Of a stretch of DNA of 61,488 nt, positions 19,002 through 29,847 are shown in pieces. The notes under the pieces are model-generated. The model saw nothing but the letters and a program-made list of their open reading frames with translations. It did no database searches and was not told where the DNA came from. The translations under genes were made by a program, and so were the position numbers. Every line of letters begins with the position of its first letter. Position 1 is the first letter of the stretch. Location: assembly GCA_964440235.1 (NCBI GenBank), contig CAYTQI010000002.1, forward strand, positions 36,686 through 98,173, written 5' to 3'. Origin of the DNA: an uncultured Planctomycetia bacterium (lineage in GTDB: Bacteria > Omnitrophota > Gorgyraeia > JABMRN01 > RBG-13-46-9).

Positions 19002-20972
19002 ATGGGAAAATTTAAACTTGCCAGCGGTTATACCCCGAAGGGAGATCAACCGAAAGCGATCGATTGCCTTCTAAAAGGTCTAAGAAAAGGCGCTAAATAT
19101 CAGACGCTTCTCGGTGTTACCGGAAGCGGAAAAACATACACCCTGGCCAATTTAATTAAAAAACTGGAAAAACCTACCCTGGTTATATCCCATAATAAAA
19201 CCCTTGCCGCCCAGCTTTATACGGAATTCCGGGATTTTTTTCCCGAGAACGCCGTTGAGTACTTTGTAAGTTATTATGATTATTATCAGCCGGAAGCGTA
19301 CATTCCGCAGGCGGACATGTATATAGAGAAGGACGCTTCAATAAACGACGATATAGACAGATTAAGGCTTAAAGCCACAAGTTCGTTAATGTCCAGGGAT
19401 GACGTTATAATTGTCGCCAGCGTTTCTTGTATATATGGACTGGGTTCGCCGGAGGATTACGCAGAGATGCTTCTCACGCTGAAAAAAGGCGGCGTTTTTA
19501 CGCGTGAAAATCTTTTAAAAAAACTTGTTGAAATTCATTATGAGAGAAATGATGTGGAATTTCAGCGAGCGAAGTTCAGGGTGAGGGGGGAAACGATAGA
19601 GATTTTTCCGGCATATCTGGAAACGGCTTATCGTGTGGAATTGGATTTTGACAGGGTAAAAAGCATAAAGGAAATAAGCCCGCTTACCGGTAAGATTTTG
19701 AGACAGCATAAAAAAATAGCAATTTATCCGGCGAAACATTTTGTCACTACGCCCGGAAAGATAGGAAAAGCGCTTGGATCGATAAATAAAGAATTAGAGG
19801 AAAGGCTTGCCGTTTTTAACGCCGAAGGAAAGCTTGTCGAAGCCGAACGCCTTGCCTCAAGGACAAAATATGATATGGAGATGCTTCGGGAACTCGGGAT
19901 TTGTAACGGCATAGAGAATTATTCAAGGCACCTTTCCGGAAGGCCAAAAGGGTCGCGCCCGTGGTGCCTTATAGATTATTTCCCGGATGATTTTTTAACG
20001 ATAATCGACGAGTCACACGTTGCCATACCGCAGATAAGGGGGATGTATAATGGCGACCGAGCGCGGAAAGAAACGCTTATTGAATACGGTTTCAGGTTGC
20101 CGAGCGCGCTTGACAACAGGCCTCTTAAGTTCGGGGAATTTACGGAGCTAACGAAAGAGATGGTATTCGTTTCGGCTACCCCGGCGGAATACGAAATGTC
20201 CAAAAGCGTAAACGTAGTCGAACAAATTATACGTCCGACAGGCCTTCTCGACCCTCCCATATTAGTAAGGCCCATTGAAAACCAGATAGATAACCTTGTC
20301 GGTGAGATAGAAAAGCGCGTAAAAAGAAAAGAAAGGACTCTCATTACTACACTGACGAAGCGCCTGGCCGAAGAACTTGCCGAATATCTCAGGGGCGAGG
20401 GCATAGAAGTAAGGTATCTTCATTCGGAGATAGGCGCGATGGAGAGGGTGGAAATTTTGCGCGACCTGCGGTTAAAAAAATTTGATTGCTTGGTGGGAAT
20501 AAATCTTTTGAGAGAAGGCCTTGACTTACCGGAGGTATCTCTTGTTGCCGTTCTGGACGCCGATAAAGAAGGATTTTTAAGGAGTCATAATTCCCTTATA
20601 CAGGTTGCCGGAAGAGCGGCGCGTAACGTAAACGGAACTGTCATAATGTATGCGGATAATATTACGCGATCTATGCGAAAAACAATCGAGGAAACACAGA
20701 GAAGAAGAAAACTTCAGATTGAATTTAACAAAAAACATAATATTACGCCAAAAACAATTAAAAAAGCCGTCAGAGACAGCATTGAGTCATACAGGCGGGC
20801 CAAGGAACTCATAAAGGATGTAGCCGGTGTTTATGATGACGAGTATGAACTGCGAAGCGTCATGGATAAGCTTGAAGACGATATGCTTCAGTCGGCGCGA
20901 AACTTGCAGTTCGAAAAGGCGATTGTATTTCGCGATCAGATTAAAGCTTTAAAACGGAAACTTAAAAAGTGA
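19002..20972 (+). CDS. uvrB: Excinuclease ABC subunit B
   Basis: LGVTGSGKT, FVSYYDYYQPEAY, GIENYSRHL, DESH, GINLLREGLDLPEV, C-terminal UVR domain. Confidence 0.98.
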   Translation: MGKFKLASGYTPKGDQPKAIDCLLKGLRKGAKYQTLLGVTGSGKTYTLANLIKKLEKPTLVISHNKTLAAQLYTEFRDFFPENAVEYFVSYYDYYQPEAYIPQADMYIEKDASINDDIDRLRLKATSSLMSRDDVIIVASVSCIYGLGSPEDYAEMLLTLKKGGVFTRENLLKKLVEIHYERNDVEFQRAKFRVRGETIEIFPAYLETAYRVELDFDRVKSIKEISPLTGKILRQHKKIAIYPAKHFVTTPGKIGKALGSINKELEERLAVFNAEGKLVEAERLASRTKYDMEMLRELGICNGIENYSRHLSGRPKGSRPWCLIDYFPDDFLTIIDESHVAIPQIRGMYNGDRARKETLIEYGFRLPSALDNRPLKFGEFTELTKEMVFVSATPAEYEMSKSVNVVEQIIRPTGLLDPPILVRPIENQIDNLVGEIEKRVKRKERTLITTLTKRLAEELAEYLRGEGIEVRYLHSEIGAMERVEILRDLRLKKFDCLVGINLLREGLDLPEVSLVAVLDADKEGFLRSHNSLIQVAGRAARNVNGTVIMYADNITRSMRKTIEETQRRRKLQIEFNKKHNITPKTIKKAVRDSIESYRRAKELIKDVAGVYDDEYELRSVMDKLEDDMLQSARNLQFEKAIVFRDQIKALKRKLKK

Positions 20973-21943
20973 AAAAAGAAGACCGGATATTAAGCTTGTT
21001 TAAAAAGAGTGGAAATTCTTTCCTTTCCGGCGAAGAGGTAAGCCGCGCGCTTGGTATTTCCAGGCAGGCGCTCTGGAAACATATAGAGAAATTGCGGGAA
21101 GCCGGCTATGTGATAGAGGCGGTGCCGCATCTTGGATATAAATTAATTCAGGCTCCTGATAAAATGCTTTCTTCCGAGGTAAAATGGAATTTGAATACGG
21201 AAATTATTGGAAGCGAGATTCATTTCTATGATAGCCTCGGTTCCACTAACACCGTCGCTTATGAACTGGCTGAACATGGCGCTGGGGAAGGGGCCGTTGT
21301 TATAGCGGAAGAACAGACAAAAGGCAAGGGCCGGCTTGGCCGGTCCTGGATTTCACCTGCAAAAGGAGGAATTTATCTTTCGTGCGTCCTTAGGCCCGAT
21401 ATTTTGCCGAACGGGGTTTCAAAGATCACACTCGTGGCGGCGGTAAGCGCGGTCAAAGCCGTGCGAAAATTTTCAGGCCTGGACGCCTTGATAAAGTGGC
21501 CGAATGACATACTGGTTTCTGACAGAAAAGTCGCTGGTATACTTACGGAATTAAGAGGCGAATCCGACAAGGTGGATTTTATCATATTGGGGATTGGTAT
21601 AAACGTAAATACAGCCCGAAAAGTGTTGCCGGCGGGCGGTACCTCCCTGAAAGAAGAAAGCAAATCTTCCACGGATTTTTCAAGAGTGGAACTTGTGAAA
21701 ATCCTGTTAAAAGAAATGGAGTCGGAATACGTGAAATTCAAAAAACACGGTTTCGCGGCCGTAAGAAGCGAATTGAAAAGTTATTCCTGCGCGCTGGGAC
21801 GCCATGTCACTATAAATGCCTCAGACGGTATAAAATCGAGCGGTAAGGCAGTTGATATTAATGAGAATGGCGCTCTTGTGATAAAAACGGAAGACGGGTT
21901 GAAGAAAGCTTTTTTAAGCGGTGACGTGACACTGGTGAGGTGA
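20969..21943 (+). CDS. birA: Bifunctional biotin operon repressor / biotin protein ligase
   Basis: N-terminal HTH (SGEEVSRALGISRQALWKHIEKLRE), QTKGKGRLGRSW, IKWPNDI, KVAGILTE. Confidence 0.95.
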   Translation: MKKEDRILSLFKKSGNSFLSGEEVSRALGISRQALWKHIEKLREAGYVIEAVPHLGYKLIQAPDKMLSSEVKWNLNTEIIGSEIHFYDSLGSTNTVAYELAEHGAGEGAVVIAEEQTKGKGRLGRSWISPAKGGIYLSCVLRPDILPNGVSKITLVAAVSAVKAVRKFSGLDALIKWPNDILVSDRKVAGILTELRGESDKVDFIILGIGINVNTARKVLPAGGTSLKEESKSSTDFSRVELVKILLKEMESEYVKFKKHGFAAVRSELKSYSCALGRHVTINASDGIKSSGKAVDINENGALVIKTEDGLKKAFLSGDVTLVR

Positions 21944-22054
21944 TAACATGAGTTATTGTGAAAAAAAATTTTCATTTTTAAATCCCCGGCCGCAACTTCT
22001 TTTATCCGGTTCAGGAAAGAAAATGACTCAAAAGAGGCCTCAAAGGACTAACTA

Positions 22055-22822
22055 ATGCTATTGGCTGTAGATATAGGGAACACGAATATTAACTCAGCGG
22101 TAATAGACAACAAGGGAAAGATCCTAAAAAAATTCACAATAAACCCCCATTCCACTGACGCAGTGGAACGGGGGTTCCACTGCGTCAGTGGAACGGGGGT
22201 TTCGCGGGGTTGGGAGATAGAAGAGGTGGTTATTGTGAGTGTGGCTCCTGAAATACTTAGAAAGGTTAAACGCGGTTTGAGAAAGCAATTCAGGAGGGCA
22301 AGGATAATCATTGTTGGCAGGGACGTAAAAGTTCCGATGAAATGCCTGTATAGTAAGGGGCAAATCGGACAGGACAGGTTGATTACCGCTTTTGCCGCTT
22401 CCTCGCTTTACGGTTTACCCGCATTGATAATAGATTTTGGTACGGCTGTTACCTTTGATGTTGTTTCCGGCAAGATGACATACCTGGGAGGGCTTATAGT
22501 GCCCGGCGTGAAAATGTCGCTTGAATCTTTGCATGACAGGACGGCTATGCTCCCAAAGACATATCTCAGGAAAACACGCTTACTCATAGGTAGGGATACC
22601 GCCTCAAGCATAAGAAGCGGGATGATTTACGGTTATGGTGCCCTGTGCAAAGGGCTCGTGAAATTATTCAAAAAGAAACTGGGGAAGAACATAAAAATAG
22701 TCGCTACAGGCGGTGACGCGCCGCTTTTGACCAGACACGTGCCCTCCGTGAAAAACATTGACCTGAACCTTTCCCTTAAGGGCCTTTATCTGCTGTCCAA
22801 AAAATTTCAAAAAAATACTTGA
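22055..22822 (+). CDS. coaX: Type III pantothenate kinase carrying a ~20-aa palindrome-encoded insertion
   Basis: LAVDIGNT, IGQDR, IIDFGTAVTFD, GGLIVPG, VATGGDA. Confidence 0.93.
   Translation: MLLAVDIGNTNINSAVIDNKGKILKKFTINPHSTDAVERGFHCVSGTGVSRGWEIEEVVIVSVAPEILRKVKRGLRKQFRRARIIIVGRDVKVPMKCLYSKGQIGQDRLITAFAASSLYGLPALIIDFGTAVTFDVVSGKMTYLGGLIVPGVKMSLESLHDRTAMLPKTYLRKTRLLIGRDTASSIRSGMIYGYGALCKGLVKLFKKKLGKNIKIVATGGDAPLLTRHVPSVKNIDLNLSLKGLYLLSKKFQKNT
22141..22202. repeat. 62-bp nested palindromic element inside coaX
   Basis: AAACCCCC-a-TTCCACTGACGCAGTGGAA-cggggg-TTCCACTGCGTCAGTGGAA-c-GGGGGTTT. The two 19-mers are exact reverse complements of each other. Confidence 0.95.
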
Positions 22823-22846
22823 CAAAAACCGCTTATTTTGTATAAT
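22819..22846 (+). promoter_or_regulatory. Sigma70 promoter of groES-groEL
   Basis: TTGACA (22819-22824), 16 nt spacer, TATAAT (22841-22846). Confidence 0.85.
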
Positions 22847-22856
22847 ACAGAATTTG

Positions 22857-22883
22857 TTAGCACTCTATAATACAGAGTGCTAA
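22857..22883 (+). promoter_or_regulatory. CIRCE operator (HrcA site)
   Basis: Perfect TTAGCACTC-N9-GAGTGCTAA upstream of groES. Confidence 0.97.
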
Positions 22884-22926
22884 TTTTTACCAGTTGATTA
22901 AAAAGTGAAAAAAAGGAGGTAAAGGT

Positions 22927-23214
22927 ATGAAGGTGCAACCGTTGGGTGATCGGCTTTTAGTTGAGGTGCTCGAAGCGAAGGATAAGACAAAAGGGGGAAT
23001 AGTCCTTCCCGATACGGCGAAGGAAAAACCGCAGGAAGCTAAAGTAATTGTCGCCGGAAAAGGGAAAATTAACGAAGACGGAAAAGCGGTTCCGTTGCAG
23101 GTCAAGGCCGGGGAAAAAATTCTGTTCGGAAAATATACGGGCACTGAAATAACCGTTGACGATAAAGAATATTTGATTTTGAAGGAAGAAGACGTTTTAG
23201 CGATTGTTAAATAG
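22927..23214 (+). CDS. groES: Co-chaperonin GroES
   Basis: [44 protein letters not shown]; GGAGG Shine-Dalgarno site. Confidence 0.98.
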   Translation: MKVQPLGDRLLVEVLEAKDKTKGGIVLPDTAKEKPQEAKVIVAGKGKINEDGKAVPLQVKAGEKILFGKYTGTEITVDDKEYLILKEEDVLAIVK

Positions 23215-23227
23215 CTTTAAGTCGTAA

Positions 23228-24892
<1,665 letters not shown>

Positions 24893-24964
24893 TCAACCGG
24901 CCTTGTCGGTTGACTCGTCAATGATGCCAGCCAGACAGGTTGTGCGATAAGTTGTAAAAGCAAT

Positions 24965-24998
24965 ATAGGGCGGGTTGCCAAAACCCGCCCTATTTCTT
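24965..24998 (+). terminator. Rho-independent terminator after groEL
   Basis: ATAGGGCGGGTT-gccaa-AACCCGCCCTAT followed by TTCTTT. Confidence 0.85.
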
Positions 24999-25105
24999 TA
25001 TCCAGTTTGCCTATTTCAACCGCGGCAGCTTAACAGCTTGCCTGTGTTAGGAAAAAAATAGTAAGTAAGGTTTTACATTACCGTGACATTTCGAAAATAA
25101 ATTTG

Positions 25106-25114
25106 TGATATACT
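25106..25114 (+). promoter_or_regulatory. Candidate extended -10 promoter for the 1113-aa gene
   Basis: TG-a-TATACT about 50 nt upstream of the ATG, with no clear -35. Confidence 0.4.
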
Positions 25115-25163
25115 ACATGAAAATCGCAGTGTAAAAATTTACTAAAAGAAGAAAAATAAAAAA

Positions 25164-28100
25164 ATGAAAAAAATATCGGCAATCGTTACGATCTTGTGCT
25201 TTTTATCGGGCAATGTAAGTTTTGCGTTTGATGCCGACATAAATAACGCGCCACATTACGGCGTTAACCTGGCGGCTAATTACGCTACCGATGATATCTT
25301 ACCGGGAGACCACACCATCGGCATGATAGAGCTTGAGATGCAGCTTAGGCTTATTGAGAGTAAACGCGGCCTGATTCCGCCAGGCGAGAGTGAATTAAAA
25401 GTGGAATTCTTAAAAAACGCCAGACAGGCAAAAACATTAGGGGACGCCGGTCAAATAAGAGTAAAACACGGCGAAAACAAAATTGATATTTATCCGGCCC
25501 AACTAAAACTTATTGATGACTTAATATGCCGCATTCCCGTATCCATAACGAGAGGCAATGAGAGAACAGAGGATTTTCGATTGCTGTTTTCAATCCGGCC
25601 GTTTGAAGATGACGGAAAAACAATATACCCCATAGCACCGGATACGGATGAAGCATTGCGGTTATTAAACGAAGCCGTTGAAAGAGAGGAAAATAATACG
25701 GGCGAAAAAACAAAATCCGAAACAAGGCGCCCGGAAACAGCTGACAGCGGCCCGGAATTAAAACTCGATGCGAGCGGTGAAATCAGCCATGACAATAAGG
25801 CGACGCGGAAAAGAACCGGCCCCGGCGGGCGCAAACGTGTTACAAGCGGAACAAAACTTGTTCCCGATGAAACTTATGTGTGGAGTGAAAAAAACGGAAT
25901 AGGCCTTTTTCGCAAAGGCAGCTTTCAAACGCGGCTTACAGTGCGTTTTTGGCGCGAAGATGGCACGTATCGTGACGTGGAACTGACAAAAGCCTCATTT
26001 CTTTCAGGTGGGCTTCAACCCCTTTATCTTGCTTTGCCCGAAGACATTACAGCACTTATGAATTCTTTGAGCATAGCTGATGATAACAAAGAAAAATACC
26101 AGGAAAAACGCCGTAAAATCGGCAAAAAAGCTAACGGCGTATTAAGGAATAGCCGAGGGCCCGCCGGCGACCATATTAGCTTCCAGGTCTTTAGTTTTTT
26201 TCAGCGCATAGAAGATTATAATGCTCCGAATGTTAGCGATGGTGAACTGACAAAAGCCGAATCTATAATTAAAAAAATAGAAGATGTTAGAAAAGCGCGG
26301 GATAACGGGATTTACGATCATTTCAGGCATGCCACATCCGTGGAGAGGCTAATTATTTCCCTGTTATTATCATTTCCTATCCAAACAGTACTTTCCGTTC
26401 ATTCGATTCGGAATTATATAAAAAAACAAGGATTGAATAATTTAAAGGCAACACTTAAGGGAAAATTAAATGCGCAGGGTAAAATCAAAGATGAAGTTAT
26501 AGAAGATATTATAACAGGAACGAAAAGATTATTTCGGGAAGAAAAAAGTAATACATACGGATGGAAAGCGTGGATTGCAAAACATCATTCCGAAGAAAAC
26601 CCTTTTGACGTAATCGAACGCTGGGTAAGGGACGCGATTCCGGTTGTGGAAAGCATCCTGAAGCACGAGCTCCTGGCGGATGATCCGGCAAATCCTGCCG
26701 AAGAACAGGGGCCTGGGATTATGAATGGCGTAACGCCCGAGGGAGGCCGGCCCGATAAGAGCGCCCAAGCGCCTACCAAACCCCGCGATGAAAGAGGCAG
26801 GTATAAGGAAGAAGAAGGAAAGAGCCCGGAAGGTATTTTAAAAGTTATCGCGGTATATCTGCCGCAGCAGGCACTTTTCACAGCGCGGGATATTTTTGAA
26901 ATATATAAGGCGCATTATGAAGAGCATGGATTTGAGGCTCCCGCGGAAAATTCCGAATCGGCGCTTCGCACAATAAAAAGGGATTTGCATGAAAAATCCG
27001 ATTCGCTTGTAAATCAAGGAATTTTAGAGATTTTTCCCGAAAGGGGTAAAAATGGAGAATATCTTTATCAATTAACGCGAAAAGGCGCAGCGAAAATTGT
27101 ATCGATAAGGGGTAAATATGAGGCGGAAAGGGAAAGGTTGGCCGGAACGGCAGCCCTTACGGATTTGGCGCGAAAAGCCGTTTTTGGCGAAATACAGCTC
27201 GATAAATGCCTAAAGCACGGCAATAAACCAGAATTAAAAAAAGAGCCGGAAGTTAGAGCTCAAATTCAAAAAGCGCGGCGAGAATTTAACCAATTACTGG
27301 CAACCGTTAATGACATTGACACACTCCGGCGCGTTCTGAACTCTTTAGAATCGTTTCAAAGCAGCGCAAGCGAAAAAGAGGGAAGCGAGAAAGGTTATTA
27401 TGCGCCTTATGTCGCACAGGCGCGGTTACGAATACTGAGTGTTCCGATAGGGCAATTAGGGTTTTCAGCAAAGGCGCGTAATGTATTAGAAAAGATAGGC
27501 ATTAAAAATCTCGGTGATTTGATTGAAAAAGGAATAACTGAAGAAGACATTTTGAAACATAGTAATATCGGCCGGAAAACTGTCAGCGAAATATACGGTA
27601 TGCTCGCGCGGCTCGGCGAAAAATTACCGCCTATAACAAAAGCCGATGTTTCAATAAAGGATGCGGGCCTTTCCGTAAGGGCTCATAAAGTATTGAAAAG
27701 TATGGGTATTAAAGATCCCGCCGAGTTGCTTACGAAGGGAATAACCGAAGAAGACATTTTGAAACACAGGAATATCGGCCGGAAAACTGTCAGCGAAATA
27801 TACGGTATGCTCGCGCGGCCCGGCGAAAAATCGCTGTTTACAGCGAACCAGTCCGGCGAATCTATAACCGGCACGGTTACGGGAGAATTTCCTACGGCAG
27901 ATCTCCTTCATTTAATGCCCGGTGAAAACGCGGGTGATGTGTCAGGATCCGCAGTGTCGTATACGGATAGAGAAAAAAAGGCGCTTGCGAAGTATGATAG
28001 AAACGGATTGGATAGAGAGCGCCTGGCGGAATCGTTAAGCGCGTTATTGACGAGAGAGGTAATAATTGATGACAATTCCGCGTTTATTTTTTCCGAGATC

Positions 28101-28505
28101 GCGACTTTCGGGCGATATAACGAAAAAAACGAGTATGAATTCGGATTGATAAGATTGCTTCCGAAGCTTGCGGAAGCCGGTATTAAGGTTGCGGTTATCG
28201 CAAGAAATGACGCGCAGCGAAATTTTATATCTAAACTCAATGAGGGAAAACCTGAAAGAGAGAGAATAGGGTTCGGTAATAGTATAGCCGAAATGAAACC
28301 CGATTTACAAGTAGCCAGGTGTTATTATCTAAAGGTCGAAAACGATGAGCCGGTACCGGGTGAAAGCTTAGGCTTTGTAAGCGTTTGCGACATAACGCAT
28401 ATCGTAAAACAAATCGTTAAAAATCTGGGCAGAGCCTGCGGTGTTGTCAACGAATTATTACCGGATCTATACCGCGCGGCACAAAAATTCAGTCAGGCGG
28501 CATAA
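25164..28505 (+). CDS. Orphan 1113-aa protein: signal peptide, winged-helix-like domain, two tandem RNA polymerase alpha-CTD-like domains, C-terminal domain ending FSQAA
   Basis: N-terminus MKKISAIVTILCFLSGNVSFA. Repeats GFSAKARNVLEKIGIKNLGDLIEKGITEEDILKHSNIGRKTVSEI and GLSVRAHKVLKSMGIKDPAELLTKGITEEDILKHRNIGRKTVSEI match the alpha-CTD pattern LSVRxxNxLKxxGIxTIGDL...EEDLLKxxNxGRKSxxEI. Confidence 0.9.
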   Translation: MKKISAIVTILCFLSGNVSFAFDADINNAPHYGVNLAANYATDDILPGDHTIGMIELEMQLRLIESKRGLIPPGESELKVEFLKNARQAKTLGDAGQIRVKHGENKIDIYPAQLKLIDDLICRIPVSITRGNERTEDFRLLFSIRPFEDDGKTIYPIAPDTDEALRLLNEAVEREENNTGEKTKSETRRPETADSGPELKLDASGEISHDNKATRKRTGPGGRKRVTSGTKLVPDETYVWSEKNGIGLFRKGSFQTRLTVRFWREDGTYRDVELTKASFLSGGLQPLYLALPEDITALMNSLSIADDNKEKYQEKRRKIGKKANGVLRNSRGPAGDHISFQVFSFFQRIEDYNAPNVSDGELTKAESIIKKIEDVRKARDNGIYDHFRHATSVERLIISLLLSFPIQTVLSVHSIRNYIKKQGLNNLKATLKGKLNAQGKIKDEVIEDIITGTKRLFREEKSNTYGWKAWIAKHHSEENPFDVIERWVRDAIPVVESILKHELLADDPANPAEEQGPGIMNGVTPEGGRPDKSAQAPTKPRDERGRYKEEEGKSPEGILKVIAVYLPQQALFTARDIFEIYKAHYEEHGFEAPAENSESALRTIKRDLHEKSDSLVNQGILEIFPERGKNGEYLYQLTRKGAAKIVSIRGKYEAERERLAGTAALTDLARKAVFGEIQLDKCLKHGNKPELKKEPEVRAQIQKARREFNQLLATVNDIDTLRRVLNSLESFQSSASEKEGSEKGYYAPYVAQARLRILSVPIGQLGFSAKARNVLEKIGIKNLGDLIEKGITEEDILKHSNIGRKTVSEIYGMLARLGEKLPPITKADVSIKDAGLSVRAHKVLKSMGIKDPAELLTKGITEEDILKHRNIGRKTVSEIYGMLARPGEKSLFTANQSGESITGTVTGEFPTADLLHLMPGENAGDVSGSAVSYTDREKKALAKYDRNGLDRERLAESLSALLTREVIIDDNSAFIFSEIATFGRYNEKNEYEFGLIRLLPKLAEAGIKVAVIARNDAQRNFISKLNEGKPERERIGFGNSIAEMKPDLQVARCYYLKVENDEPVPGESLGFVSVCDITHIVKQIVKNLGRACGVVNELLPDLYRAAQKFSQAA
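27531..27831 (+). repeat. 94-nt direct repeat (27531-27624 and 27738-27831), 207 nt apart
   Basis: Four mismatches over 94 nt; encodes the C-terminal halves of the two alpha-CTD-like units. Confidence 0.95.
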
Positions 28506-28511
28506 CATGTT

Positions 28512-28553
28512 TAGCGCATAGCGCTTAACGGACAGGGAGTAGAACACAGGGCG
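28512..28553. repeat. Degenerate heptamer tandem array
   Basis: TAGCGCA TAGCGCT TAACGGA CAGGGAG TAGAACA CAGGGCG. Confidence 0.5.
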
Positions 28554-28583
28554 GGTCAAAAACGACCCGCTCTGTTGTTTTTT
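28546..28583 (+). terminator. Rho-independent terminator after the 1113-aa gene
   Basis: ACAGGGCGGGTC-aaaaac-GACCCGCTCTGT followed by TGTTTTTT. Confidence 0.8.
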
Positions 28584-28601
28584 GGCCTCTTTGCTTTGCT
28601 G

Positions 28602-28630
28602 TTGACAAGATCGGCTTATTATATTAATAT
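28602..28630 (+). promoter_or_regulatory. Sigma70-type promoter for guaB3-dnaE
   Basis: TTGACA (28602-28607), 17 nt spacer, TAATAT (28625-28630). Confidence 0.65.
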
Positions 28631-28683
28631 ATGCAGCTATAAACGGAAATCATCTTACCTGTTGTAAAAAAAGGAGTTATACA

Positions 28684-29847
28684 ATGGCGCAGTTTTATAT
28701 CGGGGTGGACAGAAAGGCGAGGCGGTGTTACGGATTTGACGAGATAGCGCTTGTTCCGGGCAGGGTGACGGTTAATCCAGCCGAGACCGATCCGGGCTTC
28801 GAATTTGCCGGAAAAAGATACAAAATTCCCATAATGGCTTCAGCTATGGACGGTGTCGTTGACGTGAAATTTGCCACGGCCATGGGAAGGTTAGGAGGAA
28901 TTGCCGTTCTCAACCTTGAAGGCGTTCAGACGCGTTATGGCAATCCAAACGAAGTACTTGATGAGATCGCGGCCGCTACCCCGGAAGAAGCGACCAAACT
29001 GACACAGTCAATATACGCTCCTCCCATAAAAGAAAAACTTATCGCTAAAAGAATAAAAGAAATCAAGAGGGCGGGCGTCCCGGCCATTGTGAGCGCGATC
29101 CCGCAAAAGGCACAAAGATACGGCAAAATAGCCGAAGAGGCGGGCTGCGATATATTTATCGTCCAGGCGACGGTTACTTCCACCAAACATATATCGAGAG
29201 AATATAAATCAACGGATCTAAAAAAACTTTGCGGATCGCTAAAAATACCGGTGATTTTGGGGAATTGCGTAACTCATAATGTGGCGCTTGAACTAATGGA
29301 AACAGGCTGTGAGGGACTCTTGATAGGAATCGGACCGGGAACTGCCTGCACGACAAGGGGCGTTTTAGGAATAGGCGTACCTCAGGTAACCGCGACGGTA
29401 GACTGCGCCGCGGCGAGAAAAAAATATTTCAAAAAGAAAAAGAAGTACGTTTCAATAATAACAGACGGCGGCATGTCAACCGGGGGCGACATATGCAAGG
29501 CTTTCGCCTGCGGGGCGGACGCTGTAATGCTCGGTAACGCTTTCGCGAGGGCGAAAGAAGCGCCGGGAAGGGGATATCACTGGGGCATGGCAACACCGCA
29601 CCCGAATTTACCTCGGGGAACGCGAATCAAAGTGGGTACGTCCGGGACGCTTGAGGAAATTTTGCTGGGCCCGGCCCGGAGGGATGACGGCACGCAAAAT
29701 CTTGTTGGAGCGCTCATGACCAGTATGGGCAATCTTGGCGCGAGTAATATTGAGGAAATGCACAGGGTGGAAATCATTATCGCGCCGTCTATACAGACAG
29801 AGGGGAAAGTTTTTCAGGCCGCGCAGCGCGTAGGAATGGGTAAATGA
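28684..29847 (+). CDS. guaB3: GuaB3-family IMP dehydrogenase-related protein
   Basis: YGFDEIALVP, ASAMDGVVD, catalytic GIGPGTACTTR, ITDGGM, HWGMATP; no CBS pair. Confidence 0.9.
   Translation: MAQFYIGVDRKARRCYGFDEIALVPGRVTVNPAETDPGFEFAGKRYKIPIMASAMDGVVDVKFATAMGRLGGIAVLNLEGVQTRYGNPNEVLDEIAAATPEEATKLTQSIYAPPIKEKLIAKRIKEIKRAGVPAIVSAIPQKAQRYGKIAEEAGCDIFIVQATVTSTKHISREYKSTDLKKLCGSLKIPVILGNCVTHNVALELMETGCEGLLIGIGPGTACTTRGVLGIGVPQVTATVDCAAARKKYFKKKKKYVSIITDGGMSTGGDICKAFACGADAVMLGNAFARAKEAPGRGYHWGMATPHPNLPRGTRIKVGTSGTLEEILLGPARRDDGTQNLVGALMTSMGNLGASNIEEMHRVEIIIAPSIQTEGKVFQAAQRVGMGK

Noticed and set aside
22141-22202. CRISPR array interpretation of the coaX repeat
   Set aside because: Only two units in inverted orientation with a 6-nt gap, no spacers and no cas genes.
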